From: Atopobiaceae bacterium
Lineage (GTDB): Bacteria; Actinomycetota; Coriobacteriia; Coriobacteriales; Atopobiaceae
Reading direction: 5' to 3'
Assembly: GCA_022655215.1 (NCBI GenBank)
Contig: JALCUE010000002.1
Span: 424,386 to 488,385, forward strand
Length of the DNA: 64,000 nt
Under the pieces are notes generated by a model, which was not told the DNA's origin, did not search any database, and saw nothing but the letters and a program-made list of their open reading frames with translations. A program made the position numbers and the translations under genes. Position 1 is the stretch's first letter; each line of letters begins with the position of its first letter. Of this stretch, positions 45,205-55,130 are shown piece by piece.

Positions 45205-46719
45205 ATGTCCGATGAGACGCAGAACATGACGGGGAGCAACGAGGCCCATCTGGACGAGAGGACCGTCCGTCGCGCGAAGCGGCAGGCGCTCATCGATGCC
45301 GGCGTCGACCCGTATCCCATCGCGAGCGACGTGACCGACCACGCGGCCGACATCGCGGCCTCCCACGCGGACCTCGCCGACGGCGAGGACACCACCGACG
45401 TGGTCACCGTGGCCGGCAGGATCCGTGCCAAGCGCGGCCAGGGCAAGATCTGCTTCATCGTGCTGGAGGACGTGACCGGCCAGATCCAGCTCTTCTGCCG
45501 CGTCAACCAGCTGTCCGAGGACTGGGACCTCGTCAGCCAGCTCGACCTCGGCGACATCGTGCAGGCCACGGGCGTGGTCATCCGCACGCGCAGGGGCGAG
45601 CTCTCCATCGCGCCGTCGCACCTCACCCTGCTCTCCAAGAGCGTGAGGCCCCTTCCCGAGAAGTTCCACGGTCTCTCCGACAAGGAGACCCGCTACCGTC
45701 AGCGCTACGTCGACCTCGTCATGAACCCCGACGTCCGCGACACCTTCCGCAAGCGCTCCGCGATCGTCTCGGCCTTCCGCCATCACATGGAGGAGAACGG
45801 CTACATGGAGGTGGAGACCCCCTTCCTCTCCGACATCCTGGGCGGGGCCAACGCCAAGCCCTTCATCACCCACTACAACGCCCTCGACACCGAGTGCTAC
45901 CTGAGGATCGCCACCGAGCTTCCCCTGAAGCGCCTCATCGTGGGCGGTCTCGAGAGGGTGTTCGAGCTGGGTCGCTGCTTCAGGAACGAGGGCATGGACC
46001 TCACGCACAACCCCGAGTTCACCACCATGGAGGCCTATCGCGCCTACTCCGACCTCCAGGGGATGAAGGAGCTCGCGCAGGGCGTCATCCAGGCGGCCGC
46101 CGACGCGGTCTGCGGCTCCCGGCACATCACCTACCAGGGCACGCCCATCGACCTCTCCGGCACCTGGGCCTCGCGTCCCCTGACCGAGGTCGTCTCGTCC
46201 GTGGTGGGCGAGCGGATCGACCTCGACACGCCCGTCGACCACCTGCGCGACCTTCTCGACCAGCACCACATCCCCTACGGTGACGACTGGGGCGCTGGCC
46301 GCCTCGTCTTCGAGCTCTACGACGAGCTGGGTGAGTCCACCATCGTCGACCCCACCTTCGTGTGCGACTACCCCGTCGAGGTGTCGCCCCTCGCCAAGCG
46401 CAAGGCCGACGACCCCCGCCTCACCGACCGCTTCGAGCTCGTCGTGTGCGGTCACGAGTACGCCAACGCCTTCTCCGAGCTGAACGACCCGGTCGACCAG
46501 GAGGGCCGTTTCGCCGCACAGATGGAGGCCAAGGCCCACGGCGACGACGAGGCCATGGGCTACGACACCGACTACATCCGTGCCCTGGAGTACGGCATGC
46601 CCCCCACCGGCGGCATCGGGATCGGGATCGACCGCGTGGTCATGCTCCTCACCGACCAGCCCTCCATCCGCGACGTGCTCCTCTTCCCGCACATGCGTCC
46701 CGAAGCGACCTGCGACTAG
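45205..46719 (+). CDS. lysS: Lysine--tRNA ligase (class II)
   Basis: An OB-fold N-domain (VTVAGRIRAKRGQGKICFIVLED) plus class II motifs (FRNEGMDLTHNPEFTTME, GIGIGIDRVVMLL). Confidence 0.95.
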   Translation: MSDETQNMTGSNEAHLDERTVRRAKRQALIDAGVDPYPIASDVTDHAADIAASHADLADGEDTTDVVTVAGRIRAKRGQGKICFIVLEDVTGQIQLFCRVNQLSEDWDLVSQLDLGDIVQATGVVIRTRRGELSIAPSHLTLLSKSVRPLPEKFHGLSDKETRYRQRYVDLVMNPDVRDTFRKRSAIVSAFRHHMEENGYMEVETPFLSDILGGANAKPFITHYNALDTECYLRIATELPLKRLIVGGLERVFELGRCFRNEGMDLTHNPEFTTMEAYRAYSDLQGMKELAQGVIQAAADAVCGSRHITYQGTPIDLSGTWASRPLTEVVSSVVGERIDLDTPVDHLRDLLDQHHIPYGDDWGAGRLVFELYDELGESTIVDPTFVCDYPVEVSPLAKRKADDPRLTDRFELVVCGHEYANAFSELNDPVDQEGRFAAQMEAKAHGDDEAMGYDTDYIRALEYGMPPTGGIGIGIDRVVMLLTDQPSIRDVLLFPHMRPEATCD

Positions 46720-46850
46720 GGTCTCCTCCTCGCGCACACGCCGTCGTTTGAGGTCATGGGTCAAGCGGGTATACGGTCTTGGAGCCGACCCGGCTCATGA
46801 TGCACACATCCCGGGTGTCCGCCCGAGAGGATCGAATCGGAGATTCACCC

Positions 46851-49436
46851 ATGTTCGAGAAGTTCACCGACAAGGCACGCAAGGTCATGTCGCTCGCGCA
46901 GGACGAGGCCAGGCAGCTCGGCCAGATGTACGTGGGCACGGAGCACCTCCTGCTCGGCCTCATCAAGGAGGGCGACGGCATCGCCGCCCAGGCCCTGGCC
47001 AAGCTCGACGTAACCTATGACGAGACCCGCGCCTGCATCACCGAGATAACGAAGCGCGACGCCGAGCCCGTCCCCGGCGGCCACATCCCCTTCACGCCGC
47101 GTGCCAAGCGCGTGCTCGAGGGCGCCTATCGCGAGACCATGACGCACGGCCAGACCTACATCTCCACCGAGCACCTCCTGCTGGGCATCGTGCGCGAGGG
47201 CAACGGCGTGGCCATGGAGGCCCTGTCGCGCATGGGCGTGTCCGGCGACGCCGTGCGCAACGCCGTCAACGAGCTCATCGAGAAGAATCCCGACGCCCAG
47301 CCCAAGCAGGGTGTCACCGAGGTCCGCATAGGGCCCGAGGGCTTCGGCGGCCAGCAGTCCGCCGACGATGACAAGTCCATGCTCGAGGAGTACGGGCGCA
47401 ACCTCACCAAGCTCGCCTCCGACGGTAGGCTCGACCCCGTGATCGGCCGCGACAAGGAGGTCGAGCGCGTCATGCAGGTGCTCGCCCGCCGCCAGAAGAA
47501 CAACCCGCTCATCCTGGGCGACCCCGGCGTGGGCAAGACCGCCATCGCCGAGGGCCTGGCCCAGCTCATCGCGAGCGGCAACGTCCCCGACATCCTGCGC
47601 AACAAGCAGATCTGGACGCTCGACGTGGCCGCCCTCGTGGCCGGCTCGAAGTACCGCGGCGAGTTCGAGGACCGTCTCAAGAAGGTCATAGGCGAGGTGG
47701 AGGAGTCGAAGGACGACATCCTCTTCATCGACGAGCTCCACACCCTCATCGGTGCCGGTTCGGCCGAGGGCTCCATCGACGCGGCCTCCATCCTGAAGCC
47801 GCCCCTCTCGCGCGGCGAGATCCAGGTCATCGGTGCCACCACGGCCGAGGAGTACCGCAAGCACATCGAGAAGGACTCCGCCTTCGAGCGCCGCTTCCAG
47901 CCCGTCTACATCTCCGAGCCCTCGCCCGCCGACACCCTCCGCATCCTCGAGGGTCTGCGCAGCCGCTACGAGGAGCACCACCACGTCCGATACACCGAGG
48001 AGGCCCTCAAGGCGGCCGTCACGCTCTCCAACCGCTACGTGCAGGACCGCTTCCTGCCCGACAAGGCCATCGACGTCATCGACGAGGCCGGTGCGCGCAC
48101 CCGCGTGCACAAGATGGTGCTCCCGCCCGAGATCGCTCAGGTGGACGAGGACCTCGCCCGGGTCCGTGACGAGAAGGCCGTCGCCGCGGGCGCCCAGGAG
48201 TACGAGGAGGCCGCGCGTCTGCGCGACCAGGAGAAGGAGCTCACCTCCAAGCGGGAGGAGCTCGAGAGCGCGTGGCACGCCAAGCTCGACGAGCACGTGG
48301 TCACCGTGGACGAGGCCGAGATAGCCGACGTCGTCTCCGACATCACGGGCGTGCCCGTCTCCAACCTCACCGAGGCCGAGGCCTCCAAGCTCCTGCGCTG
48401 CGAGGACGCCCTCCACAAGCGCGTCATCGGCCAGGACGAGGCCGTCACGGCCGTGGCCCGCGCCATCCGCCGCTCGCGCAGCCCCCTCAAGGACCCGCGC
48501 AGGCCCGGCGGCTCGTTCGTGTTCCTGGGGCCCTCCGGCGTGGGCAAGACCGAGCTCGCCAAGTCGCTCGCCCAGTTCCTCTTCGGCAGCGAGGACTCCC
48601 TCATCACCTTCGACATGTCCGAGTTCATGGAGAAGTTCGCCGTCTCCAAGCTCGTCGGCGCCCCTCCCGGATACGTGGGTTACGACGAGGGCGGCGAGCT
48701 CACCAAGGCCGTGAGGCGCAAGCCCTACTCGGTGGTGCTGTTCGACGAGATCGAGAAGGCCCATCCGGACGTGTTCAACATCCTGCTCCAGATACTTGAC
48801 GAGGGCAGGCTCACCGACGGCCAAGGCAGGAAGGTCGACTTCTCGAACACCGTCATCATCATGACGTCCAACGTCGGTGCGCGTGACATCGCCCAGACCG
48901 GCACCATCGGCTTCGGCGCCGGAGGGGCGGGCGGCCTGTCCGACCGCGAGATCAAGCAGCGCGTCACCGGCGAGCTCAAGAAGCTGTTCCGCCCCGAGTT
49001 CCTGAACCGCATCGACGAGGTCGTCGTCTTCAAGTCGCTCACGCCCGAGCAGCTCCGCCGCATCGTCGACCTCATGGTGGGCGAGCTCCGTGGCCGTCTC
49101 ATCGGCCAGGGCATGTCCATCGAGCTCACCGACGCGGCCCGCGACCTCGTGGCCAAGGAGGGGACCGACCCCGTCTACGGGGCCAGGCCCCTGCGTCGTG
49201 CCATCCAGACGCTCGTGGAGGACCCGCTGGCCGAGCAGATGCTCGAGGGCGAGTGGTCGACGGGCGACATCATCGAGGTGGACGCGGTCGACGGCAAGCT
49301 CACGTTTGGCAAGGGCGCGGGCCACATCGACGCGGCGCCCCTCTCCGAGGAGGCGGGCCTTCCCGCCGGCCATGGTGACGCGCCGACGGCTCCCGCGCCG
49401 CCGGCCCCTGGAGGTGCTGCGGCTTCTGCCGAGTGA
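46851..49436 (+). CDS. clpC: ATP-dependent Clp protease ATP-binding subunit ClpC
   Basis: The N-terminal Clp_N repeat is [33 protein letters not shown]. The two AAA+ modules carry GDPGVGKTA and [13 protein letters not shown]-like linker ([15 protein letters not shown]) is present. ATG 46851 follows a GGAG. Confidence 0.95.
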   Translation: MFEKFTDKARKVMSLAQDEARQLGQMYVGTEHLLLGLIKEGDGIAAQALAKLDVTYDETRACITEITKRDAEPVPGGHIPFTPRAKRVLEGAYRETMTHGQTYISTEHLLLGIVREGNGVAMEALSRMGVSGDAVRNAVNELIEKNPDAQPKQGVTEVRIGPEGFGGQQSADDDKSMLEEYGRNLTKLASDGRLDPVIGRDKEVERVMQVLARRQKNNPLILGDPGVGKTAIAEGLAQLIASGNVPDILRNKQIWTLDVAALVAGSKYRGEFEDRLKKVIGEVEESKDDILFIDELHTLIGAGSAEGSIDAASILKPPLSRGEIQVIGATTAEEYRKHIEKDSAFERRFQPVYISEPSPADTLRILEGLRSRYEEHHHVRYTEEALKAAVTLSNRYVQDRFLPDKAIDVIDEAGARTRVHKMVLPPEIAQVDEDLARVRDEKAVAAGAQEYEEAARLRDQEKELTSKREELESAWHAKLDEHVVTVDEAEIADVVSDITGVPVSNLTEAEASKLLRCEDALHKRVIGQDEAVTAVARAIRRSRSPLKDPRRPGGSFVFLGPSGVGKTELAKSLAQFLFGSEDSLITFDMSEFMEKFAVSKLVGAPPGYVGYDEGGELTKAVRRKPYSVVLFDEIEKAHPDVFNILLQILDEGRLTDGQGRKVDFSNTVIIMTSNVGARDIAQTGTIGFGAGGAGGLSDREIKQRVTGELKKLFRPEFLNRIDEVVVFKSLTPEQLRRIVDLMVGELRGRLIGQGMSIELTDAARDLVAKEGTDPVYGARPLRRAIQTLVEDPLAEQMLEGEWSTGDIIEVDAVDGKLTFGKGAGHIDAAPLSEEAGLPAGHGDAPTAPAPPAPGGAAASAE

Positions 49437-49485
49437 CGCGGTCGGACCCTGCGTCGGGCCATATACTTGGCCGTGGACATGATGG

Positions 49486-50589
49486 ATGACGATGACCCAG
49501 GACGAGAGGAGCGGGGCCATGGAGCAGGCACCTGAGGACAGGACCGACTTGGACGGTCGTCTCGACCAGGCCATCAGGCGCACCGCGCCGGGCACGGCCC
49601 TGCGTCTCGCCCTCGACATGATCATCGCCGGACACCTGGGTGCCCTCATCTGCGTGGGCGACACGGACGCTGTGCTCGCCGCCGGCAACGACGGCTTCCC
49701 GCTCAACATCTCCTTCACGGCCAACCGCCTCTTCGAGCTCTCGAAGATGGACGGGGCCATCGTGATCGACCGCGACCTCACGCAGATCCTCCGCGCGAAC
49801 TTCCATCTCAACCCCGACCCGTCCCTGCCCACGTCCGAGACGGGCATGCGCCACCGCACGGCCGCCCGCATGAGCCTTCTCACCAAGGCGACCGTCATCT
49901 CCGTGTCGGAGAGGCGCCAGGTGGTGAACGTCTTCCTGGGAGGACGTTCCACGCAGCTGCGCACGGTCGGCGAGATCATGACCAACGTCAACCAGCTCCT
50001 GGTGACCCTCCAGACCACGCGCCAGGCGCTTGACAGGAACCTCCTGCGCCTCACCTCGCTCGAGCTGGACAACTACGTCACGCTGGGCGACATCACCACG
50101 ATCTTCTCGTACTTCGAGGTCCTCATGACCGCCGCCGACGAGCTCGACGGCTGCATCGCCCAGCTGGGAAGCGAGGGCCGCACCGTCGAGATGCAGCGCG
50201 AGCAGCTCGTGGGCGACATGGACGAGGAGTACACGCTCATGATCCGCGACTACGCCCATGACTCCTCCGAGGAGGCGGCCGCCTCCATCCGCGCGCAGTT
50301 CCACGATGCCGAGGAGGGCCAGCTCAGGAGCAGCAAGCGCGTCGCCCACATCCTCGGCTTCGACGACCTCACGGAGGACTCCGTCATGGCCCCGCTGGGG
50401 CTGCGCACCCTCTCCCGCATCTCCGTGGTGCGCGAGGGCATGGCCGACAAGATCGTGGACGAGTACGGCAGCCTCCGCGAGATCCTCGATGACATCGAGC
50501 AGAACCCGTCCCGTCTCGACCAGCTGGGCGTGAAGAACCCCTCCATCCTGGCTGACAGCCTCTATCGCATGTGGGGGAAGAAGGAATGA
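49486..50589 (+). CDS. disA: DNA integrity scanning protein DisA (diadenylate cyclase)
   Basis: The DAC domain shows GALICVGD, DGAIVID and TGMRHRTAARM. A C-terminal helix-hairpin-helix region (LREILDDIEQNPSRLDQL) is present. Confidence 0.92.
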   Translation: MTMTQDERSGAMEQAPEDRTDLDGRLDQAIRRTAPGTALRLALDMIIAGHLGALICVGDTDAVLAAGNDGFPLNISFTANRLFELSKMDGAIVIDRDLTQILRANFHLNPDPSLPTSETGMRHRTAARMSLLTKATVISVSERRQVVNVFLGGRSTQLRTVGEIMTNVNQLLVTLQTTRQALDRNLLRLTSLELDNYVTLGDITTIFSYFEVLMTAADELDGCIAQLGSEGRTVEMQREQLVGDMDEEYTLMIRDYAHDSSEEAAASIRAQFHDAEEGQLRSSKRVAHILGFDDLTEDSVMAPLGLRTLSRISVVREGMADKIVDEYGSLREILDDIEQNPSRLDQLGVKNPSILADSLYRMWGKKE

Positions 50590-51359
50590 GGACCTGCGCG
50601 GCTCCCGCCGCCTCCCGCATCCACACCACGTCCCCCTCGGCGGACACCTGCGCCATCATCGTCGCCGGTGGCACGGGACAGCGCTTCGGTGACCCCAGGG
50701 GCAAGCAGTTCGTCGAGGTCGCTGGCCTACCCATGGTGAGTTGGTCGATCATGGCGTTCGACCGCGCGCCCTCCGTCGCCTCCATCGTCCTCGTCGTGCC
50801 TGACATGCGCATGGACGAGATGGAGTCGGACGTGCTGTCCATGCTTACCCTCTCCACGCCCGTGACGCTCGCCCCGGCGGGAGCCACCCGTCAGGAGTCA
50901 TGCCTCTCCGGGCTCAGGGCGTCCGACCCCGCCCTCGCCCTCGTGGCGATACACGACGGCGCGCGCCCCCTCATCACGATCGACGCGATCGAGGACGCCT
51001 GTGCGCGCCTGCGCGGGGATGCCTCCCTCGCGGGGGCCGTCTGCGGGCAGCCCGCCATCGACACCCTCAAGCTCGCCGAGGACGGCATCGTCGTGGCCAC
51101 CCCCGACCGTTCCGTCTACTGGTGCGTCCAGACGCCGCAGGTGTTCCGCCGTGGCGTCGTCCTCGCGGCGCATGAGCAGGCCGTTCGCGAGGGGTACGTC
51201 GGCACGGACGACTCCTCCCTCGTCGAGCACGCCGGCGGACGCGTGGCGCTCGTGGCGGCACAGCGCGACAACATCAAGGTCACCGTCCCCGAGGACCTCC
51301 GTCCCGTCGAGGCCATCCTCGAGGGTCGTCTCCTGCCGCCATCGCTCAGGGAGGTCTGA
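50586..51359 (+). CDS. ispD: 2-C-methyl-D-erythritol 4-phosphate cytidylyltransferase
   Basis: AIIVAGGTGQRFG, HDGARP and TPQVFR. ATG 50586 overlaps the disA stop (ATGA) and is preceded by GGGGGAAGAAGGA. Confidence 0.9.
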   Translation: MRTCAAPAASRIHTTSPSADTCAIIVAGGTGQRFGDPRGKQFVEVAGLPMVSWSIMAFDRAPSVASIVLVVPDMRMDEMESDVLSMLTLSTPVTLAPAGATRQESCLSGLRASDPALALVAIHDGARPLITIDAIEDACARLRGDASLAGAVCGQPAIDTLKLAEDGIVVATPDRSVYWCVQTPQVFRRGVVLAAHEQAVREGYVGTDDSSLVEHAGGRVALVAAQRDNIKVTVPEDLRPVEAILEGRLLPPSLREV

Positions 51360-51363
51360 GGCC

Positions 51364-51852
51364 ATGCTGCGCATCGGCCACGGCTTCGACGTCCATCGCC
51401 TCGTGGAGGGACGTGACCTCGTGCTCGGCGGGGTCCACATCGACTACGAGCGCGGTCTTCTCGGCCACTCCGATGCCGACGTCCTCACCCATGCCCTGGC
51501 CGACGCCATCCTCGGTGCGGCCCGCCTGGGCGACATCGGTCAGCACTTCCCCGACTCCGATCCCGCCTATGAGGGCGCCGACTCCCTGGAGCTCCTCTCC
51601 CGCTCGATGGACCTCGCGCGTGAGGCCGGCCTCGAGCTGGCTGACTGCGACTGTACGATCGCCGCCGAGGCGCCCAAGCTCGCCCCCCATAGGGACGGGA
51701 TGAGGTCAAACCTCGCGGCGGCCCTGCGCGTCGACGTCTCCTCGGTCGGGGTCAAGGCGACCACCACCGAGGGGCTCGGGTACACGGGTCGTGGCGAGGG
51801 GATCTGCGCCTGGGCGGTCGCTCTGCTGACGGACGGGCGGCCCTCCGCCTGA
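51364..51852 (+). CDS. ispF: 2-C-methyl-D-erythritol 2,4-cyclodiphosphate synthase
   Basis: MLRIGHGFDVHRL, GHSDADVLTHA and GDIGQHFPD. The ORF-track start at 51001 is an out-of-gene extension. Confidence 0.93.
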   Translation: MLRIGHGFDVHRLVEGRDLVLGGVHIDYERGLLGHSDADVLTHALADAILGAARLGDIGQHFPDSDPAYEGADSLELLSRSMDLAREAGLELADCDCTIAAEAPKLAPHRDGMRSNLAAALRVDVSSVGVKATTTEGLGYTGRGEGICAWAVALLTDGRPSA

Positions 51853-51919
51853 CGTGCCCGCACCCGCGGACATGCCGCGGAGTGCTACCCCCACATGACC
51901 TGACAGTGAGGAAGAGACC

Positions 51920-52651
51920 ATGTTCAACAAGCATCGCGAGGACATCGAGGCGTTCCGCGCCCATGACCCCGCAGCGACCACAGACCTCTCGATCGTGATG
52001 AACTCCCCGGGGATGCGTGCCATCTGGGCCTATCGCCACCAGCACAGGCTCTGGGTGGCGGGCCATCATCTCCTGGCGAGGACGCTCTCCACGCGCTCGA
52101 GGCGCAAGTACGGGGTGGAGATCCATCCCGGAGCCACCATCGGCAGGCGCTTCGTCATCGACCACGGCATGGGGATCGTGGTGGGGGAGACCACCATCAT
52201 CGGTGACGACTGCATGCTCTACCAGGGGGTCACCCTGGGAGGCACCGGCAAGCAGCATGGCAAGCGCCACCCCACGCTGGGCGACGGCGTGACCGTGGGC
52301 GTGGGTGCCTCCGTGCTGGGCGACATCACCCTGGGCGACCACGTCAAGGTGGGGGGAGGCGCCGTGGTGGTCCGCGACGTCCCCGCCGACTGCACCGTGG
52401 TGGGCGTCCCGGGCCACGTCACGACCGCGGGCGGCGAGCGCGTCCGTCGCGCCCGGGAGAGCCTGGAGGTGGACGCGCACGCGGACGTGGCTACAATCGA
52501 GAAGGCCATCGAGCACCAGGAGGACGTCGAGCACAGGGAGTACCTACCCGACCCCCTCGACCAGACCGTCGACTCGCTGGCGACCCGCATAGCCGATCTC
52601 GAGAAGAAGATCGCCGAGCTCGAGGGGCACGCAGCCCCTTCTGAGGAGTGA
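51920..52651 (+). CDS. cysE: Serine O-acetyltransferase
   Basis: An N-terminal SATase helix domain plus hexapeptide repeats (GATIGRRFVIDHGMGIVVGETTIIGDDCMLYQGVTLGGTG). Confidence 0.9.
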   Translation: MFNKHREDIEAFRAHDPAATTDLSIVMNSPGMRAIWAYRHQHRLWVAGHHLLARTLSTRSRRKYGVEIHPGATIGRRFVIDHGMGIVVGETTIIGDDCMLYQGVTLGGTGKQHGKRHPTLGDGVTVGVGASVLGDITLGDHVKVGGGAVVVRDVPADCTVVGVPGHVTTAGGERVRRARESLEVDAHADVATIEKAIEHQEDVEHREYLPDPLDQTVDSLATRIADLEKKIAELEGHAAPSEE

Positions 52652-52653
52652 AG

Positions 52654-54150
52654 ATGCTCGTCTACAACAGCCAGACGCACGCCAAGCAGGAGCTCGAGCC
52701 CATCGAGCCCGGCAAGATCCGCATGTACGTCTGCGGCCCCACGGTCTATGACCAGATCCACATCGGCAACGGGCGGACGTTCCTCTCGTTCGACGTCATC
52801 CGCAGGTACCTCTCGTACAAGGGCTACCAGGTGACCTTCGCCCAGAACCTCACCGACGTGGATGACAAGATCATCAACCGCGCCAACGAGCAGGGCCGTA
52901 CCGCCGAGGAGGTCGCGTCCGAGTTCTCCGAGGCGTTCATCTGCCAGATGCGCCGCCTGAACGTGCTCGACCCCGACATCCGTCCGCGTGCCACTCATGA
53001 GATACCCGCCATGATCGAGATGATCCAAGGCCTCATCGGGCAGGGCAACGCCTACGCCGTCGACAACGGTGACGTGTACTTCTCCGTGAGGAGCTGCCCC
53101 ACCTACGGCTGCGTCTCCGGCCGCAAGGTCGATGAGCTCCAGGTGGGGGCCCGCATCGAGGAGAACGAGGACAAGCGTGACCCGCTCGACTTCGCGCTCT
53201 GGAAGGGCGCCAAGCCCGGCGAGCCCAGCTGGGACTCGCCCTGGGGCAAGGGCAGGCCGGGCTGGCACACCGAGTGCTCGGCCATGGTCCATCGCTACCT
53301 GGGCACGCCCATCGACATCCACGGCGGCGGCGCCGACCTCATCTTCCCGCACCACGAGAACGAGAGCGCCCAGGCCACCTGCTGCTGGCACGAGCCCCTC
53401 GCCAACGTCTGGATGCACACGGGGATGCTCCGCGTCGACGGCGAGAAGATGAGCAAGAGCCTGGGTAACTTCTTCACGCTGAAGGAGGTCCTCGACAAGT
53501 ATCCGGCCGACGCCGTCCGTCTCCTCATGCTCCAGACCCACTACCGCTCTCCGCTCGACTTCTCCTACGAGAGGCTCGACGGCACGGTGGGTTCGCTCGA
53601 CCGTCTCACCGGCTGCGTGGCGAACCTGCGCTGGGCCGCCGACCAGGCGAGCGCGTCCGACCATGAGGTCACGGATGCCGACCATGCCCTGGGAGCCGCG
53701 GTCGCCGGCGCCCGCGAGGAGTTCGGCCGACAGATGGACGACGACTTCAACACCGCGGGCGCGCTCGCGGCCGTGTTCGGCCTGGCCACCGCATCCAACG
53801 CGTATCTCGACCAGATGGGCGGGGACGTCTGCACGTCCGCGACGCTCCGCGCGTCGGACACGCTCGTGGAGCTGCTAGGCGTGCTGGGCATCGAGTCCGT
53901 GCGTCCTGCGACCACCGAGCTGCCACACGAGCTCGTGACCTTGGCTGCCGAGCAGGCCGGCTACGCGGGCGATGACGCCGACGAGGCCGCCAAGGCCCTG
54001 CTCGCCGCCCGCGCGGCCGCCCGTGCCGAGAAGGACTGGGCACGTGCCGACGCCATCCGCGACGGCATCTCCGCGCTCGGCCTCGTCATGGAGGACACCG
54101 CCGCCGGCACGCGCCTCAAGATGGCGTCCGCGGGCAAGGCGGAGGCATAG
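52654..54150 (+). CDS. cysS: Cysteine--tRNA ligase
   Basis: The HIGH motif reads HIGNGRT and KMSKS is present. Also CGPTVYD and WHTECS. ATG 52654 lies 5 nt after GAGGAG. Confidence 0.95.
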   Translation: MLVYNSQTHAKQELEPIEPGKIRMYVCGPTVYDQIHIGNGRTFLSFDVIRRYLSYKGYQVTFAQNLTDVDDKIINRANEQGRTAEEVASEFSEAFICQMRRLNVLDPDIRPRATHEIPAMIEMIQGLIGQGNAYAVDNGDVYFSVRSCPTYGCVSGRKVDELQVGARIEENEDKRDPLDFALWKGAKPGEPSWDSPWGKGRPGWHTECSAMVHRYLGTPIDIHGGGADLIFPHHENESAQATCCWHEPLANVWMHTGMLRVDGEKMSKSLGNFFTLKEVLDKYPADAVRLLMLQTHYRSPLDFSYERLDGTVGSLDRLTGCVANLRWAADQASASDHEVTDADHALGAAVAGAREEFGRQMDDDFNTAGALAAVFGLATASNAYLDQMGGDVCTSATLRASDTLVELLGVLGIESVRPATTELPHELVTLAAEQAGYAGDDADEAAKALLAARAAARAEKDWARADAIRDGISALGLVMEDTAAGTRLKMASAGKAEA

Positions 54151-54152
54151 CG

Positions 54153-55130
54153 ATGGCGCGCGGCAGGCAGGGCAAGCCGTCACCTGCGGGAAAGGGCCGT
54201 CCCACGGGGAAGGCTCCGTCCGCGGGGAAGGGTCGTCCCACCGGCAGGGGGCCGTCGACGGGCAAGGGCCGCCCTTCGGGCAACGGCCGTCCCGCAGGCA
54301 AGGGCCGTCCTTCCGGCAGGGGCCACGAGGCCCCGCGCGGGTCGCGTCCCTCGGGAACGCGCAATGCCGACGTCGCCCTCATCGAGGGCCGTCGGGCCGT
54401 CCTCGAGGCGCTCGAGGGAGGTATCCCGCTCAGGAGGGCCCTGGTCCAGGTGGGAAGTGGCAACCAGGACGCGAAGCTCGACGAGATCGTGAGCCGTCTC
54501 ACCGCCGCCGACGTCCCCGTGGAGCGCGTGGACGCCCAGGTCCTGGACGGCCTCTCGAGCCATGGCGCGCATCAGGGCGTCGTGGTCGAGGCCGCGCCCT
54601 TCTCGTATGCGGACATCGCCGACGTCATATCACGTGCGGGGACCGGCGACGCGTTGGTCGTCGTGCTCGACCACGTCACCGACGAGGGCAACTTCGGGGC
54701 CATCGTCCGCTCCGCCGAGGTGGTGGGGGCGGCCGGCGTCGTCATCCCCAACGTGAGGTCCGCGGCCGTCGGCACGGCGGCCTACAAGACGAGCGCGGGC
54801 GCCGTGCTCCACATACCGATCGCGCGCGTCCCCAACCTGGCCGCTGCCGTGCTGCAGCTCCAGGAGGCGGGCTTCTGGGTGGGTGCCGCGACCGAGCACG
54901 CCGATGACGTGGCCTGGGACGCACCGCTCTCCGGGCGCGTGGCCATCGTCATGGGATCGGAGGGCTCGGGCGTGAGCAGGCTCGTGCTCGACCGCTGCGA
55001 CTTCTCCTGCAGGCTCCCGCAGCTCGGTCGCGTCGAGTCGCTCAACGTGGCCCAGGCCACGACGGTGCTCTGCTACGAGTGGATGCGGCGCACCCATCCC
55101 GAGGCCGGACGTGCCCAAGGGGACGACTGA
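54153..55130 (+). CDS. rlmB: 23S rRNA (guanosine-2'-O)-methyltransferase RlmB (SpoU/TrmH family) with an N-terminal GKGRP-repeat tail
   Basis: SpoU motifs LDHVTDEGNFGAIVRSA, VMGSEGSGVS and LNVAQATTV. The N-terminal approximately 70 aa consist of (A/T)GKGRP(T/S)G repeats. Confidence 0.88.
   Translation: MARGRQGKPSPAGKGRPTGKAPSAGKGRPTGRGPSTGKGRPSGNGRPAGKGRPSGRGHEAPRGSRPSGTRNADVALIEGRRAVLEALEGGIPLRRALVQVGSGNQDAKLDEIVSRLTAADVPVERVDAQVLDGLSSHGAHQGVVVEAAPFSYADIADVISRAGTGDALVVVLDHVTDEGNFGAIVRSAEVVGAAGVVIPNVRSAAVGTAAYKTSAGAVLHIPIARVPNLAAAVLQLQEAGFWVGAATEHADDVAWDAPLSGRVAIVMGSEGSGVSRLVLDRCDFSCRLPQLGRVESLNVAQATTVLCYEWMRRTHPEAGRAQGDD

Noticed and set aside
46748-46780. CtsR-like GGTCA repeats (GGTCAT-G-GGTCAA-N10-GGTCTT) overlapping a TTGAGG-N16-TATACG promoter-like site upstream of clpC.
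   Set aside because: The first two repeats are 7 nt apart, not the 10-nt register of the CtsR heptad consensus. No ctsR, mcsA or mcsB gene precedes clpC here. I also could not match the actinobacterial ClgR motif.
46845-50072. Very long antisense ORFs opposite recognised genes. Examples are 46845..50072(-) at 1075 aa, 3943..6081(-) at 712 aa, 17590..19440(-) at 616 aa, 13134..14903(+) at 589 aa, 61985..63931(-) at 648 aa and 60783..61745(-).
   Set aside because: These are typical high-GC artefacts. Their composition is Arg/Gly/Ala/His/Asp-rich and low in complexity, and they lack an RBS. Each fully overlaps a gene with unmistakable family motifs on the other strand.
51853-51919. T-box or other leader riboswitches upstream of cysE, lysS (45123-45204) and the aminotransferase (14673-14904).
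   Set aside because: The first two gaps are only about 70-80 nt, too short for a T-box. The 230-nt aminotransferase leader lacks the conserved T-box sequence (..GGTGGTACCGCG..) on the relevant strand.
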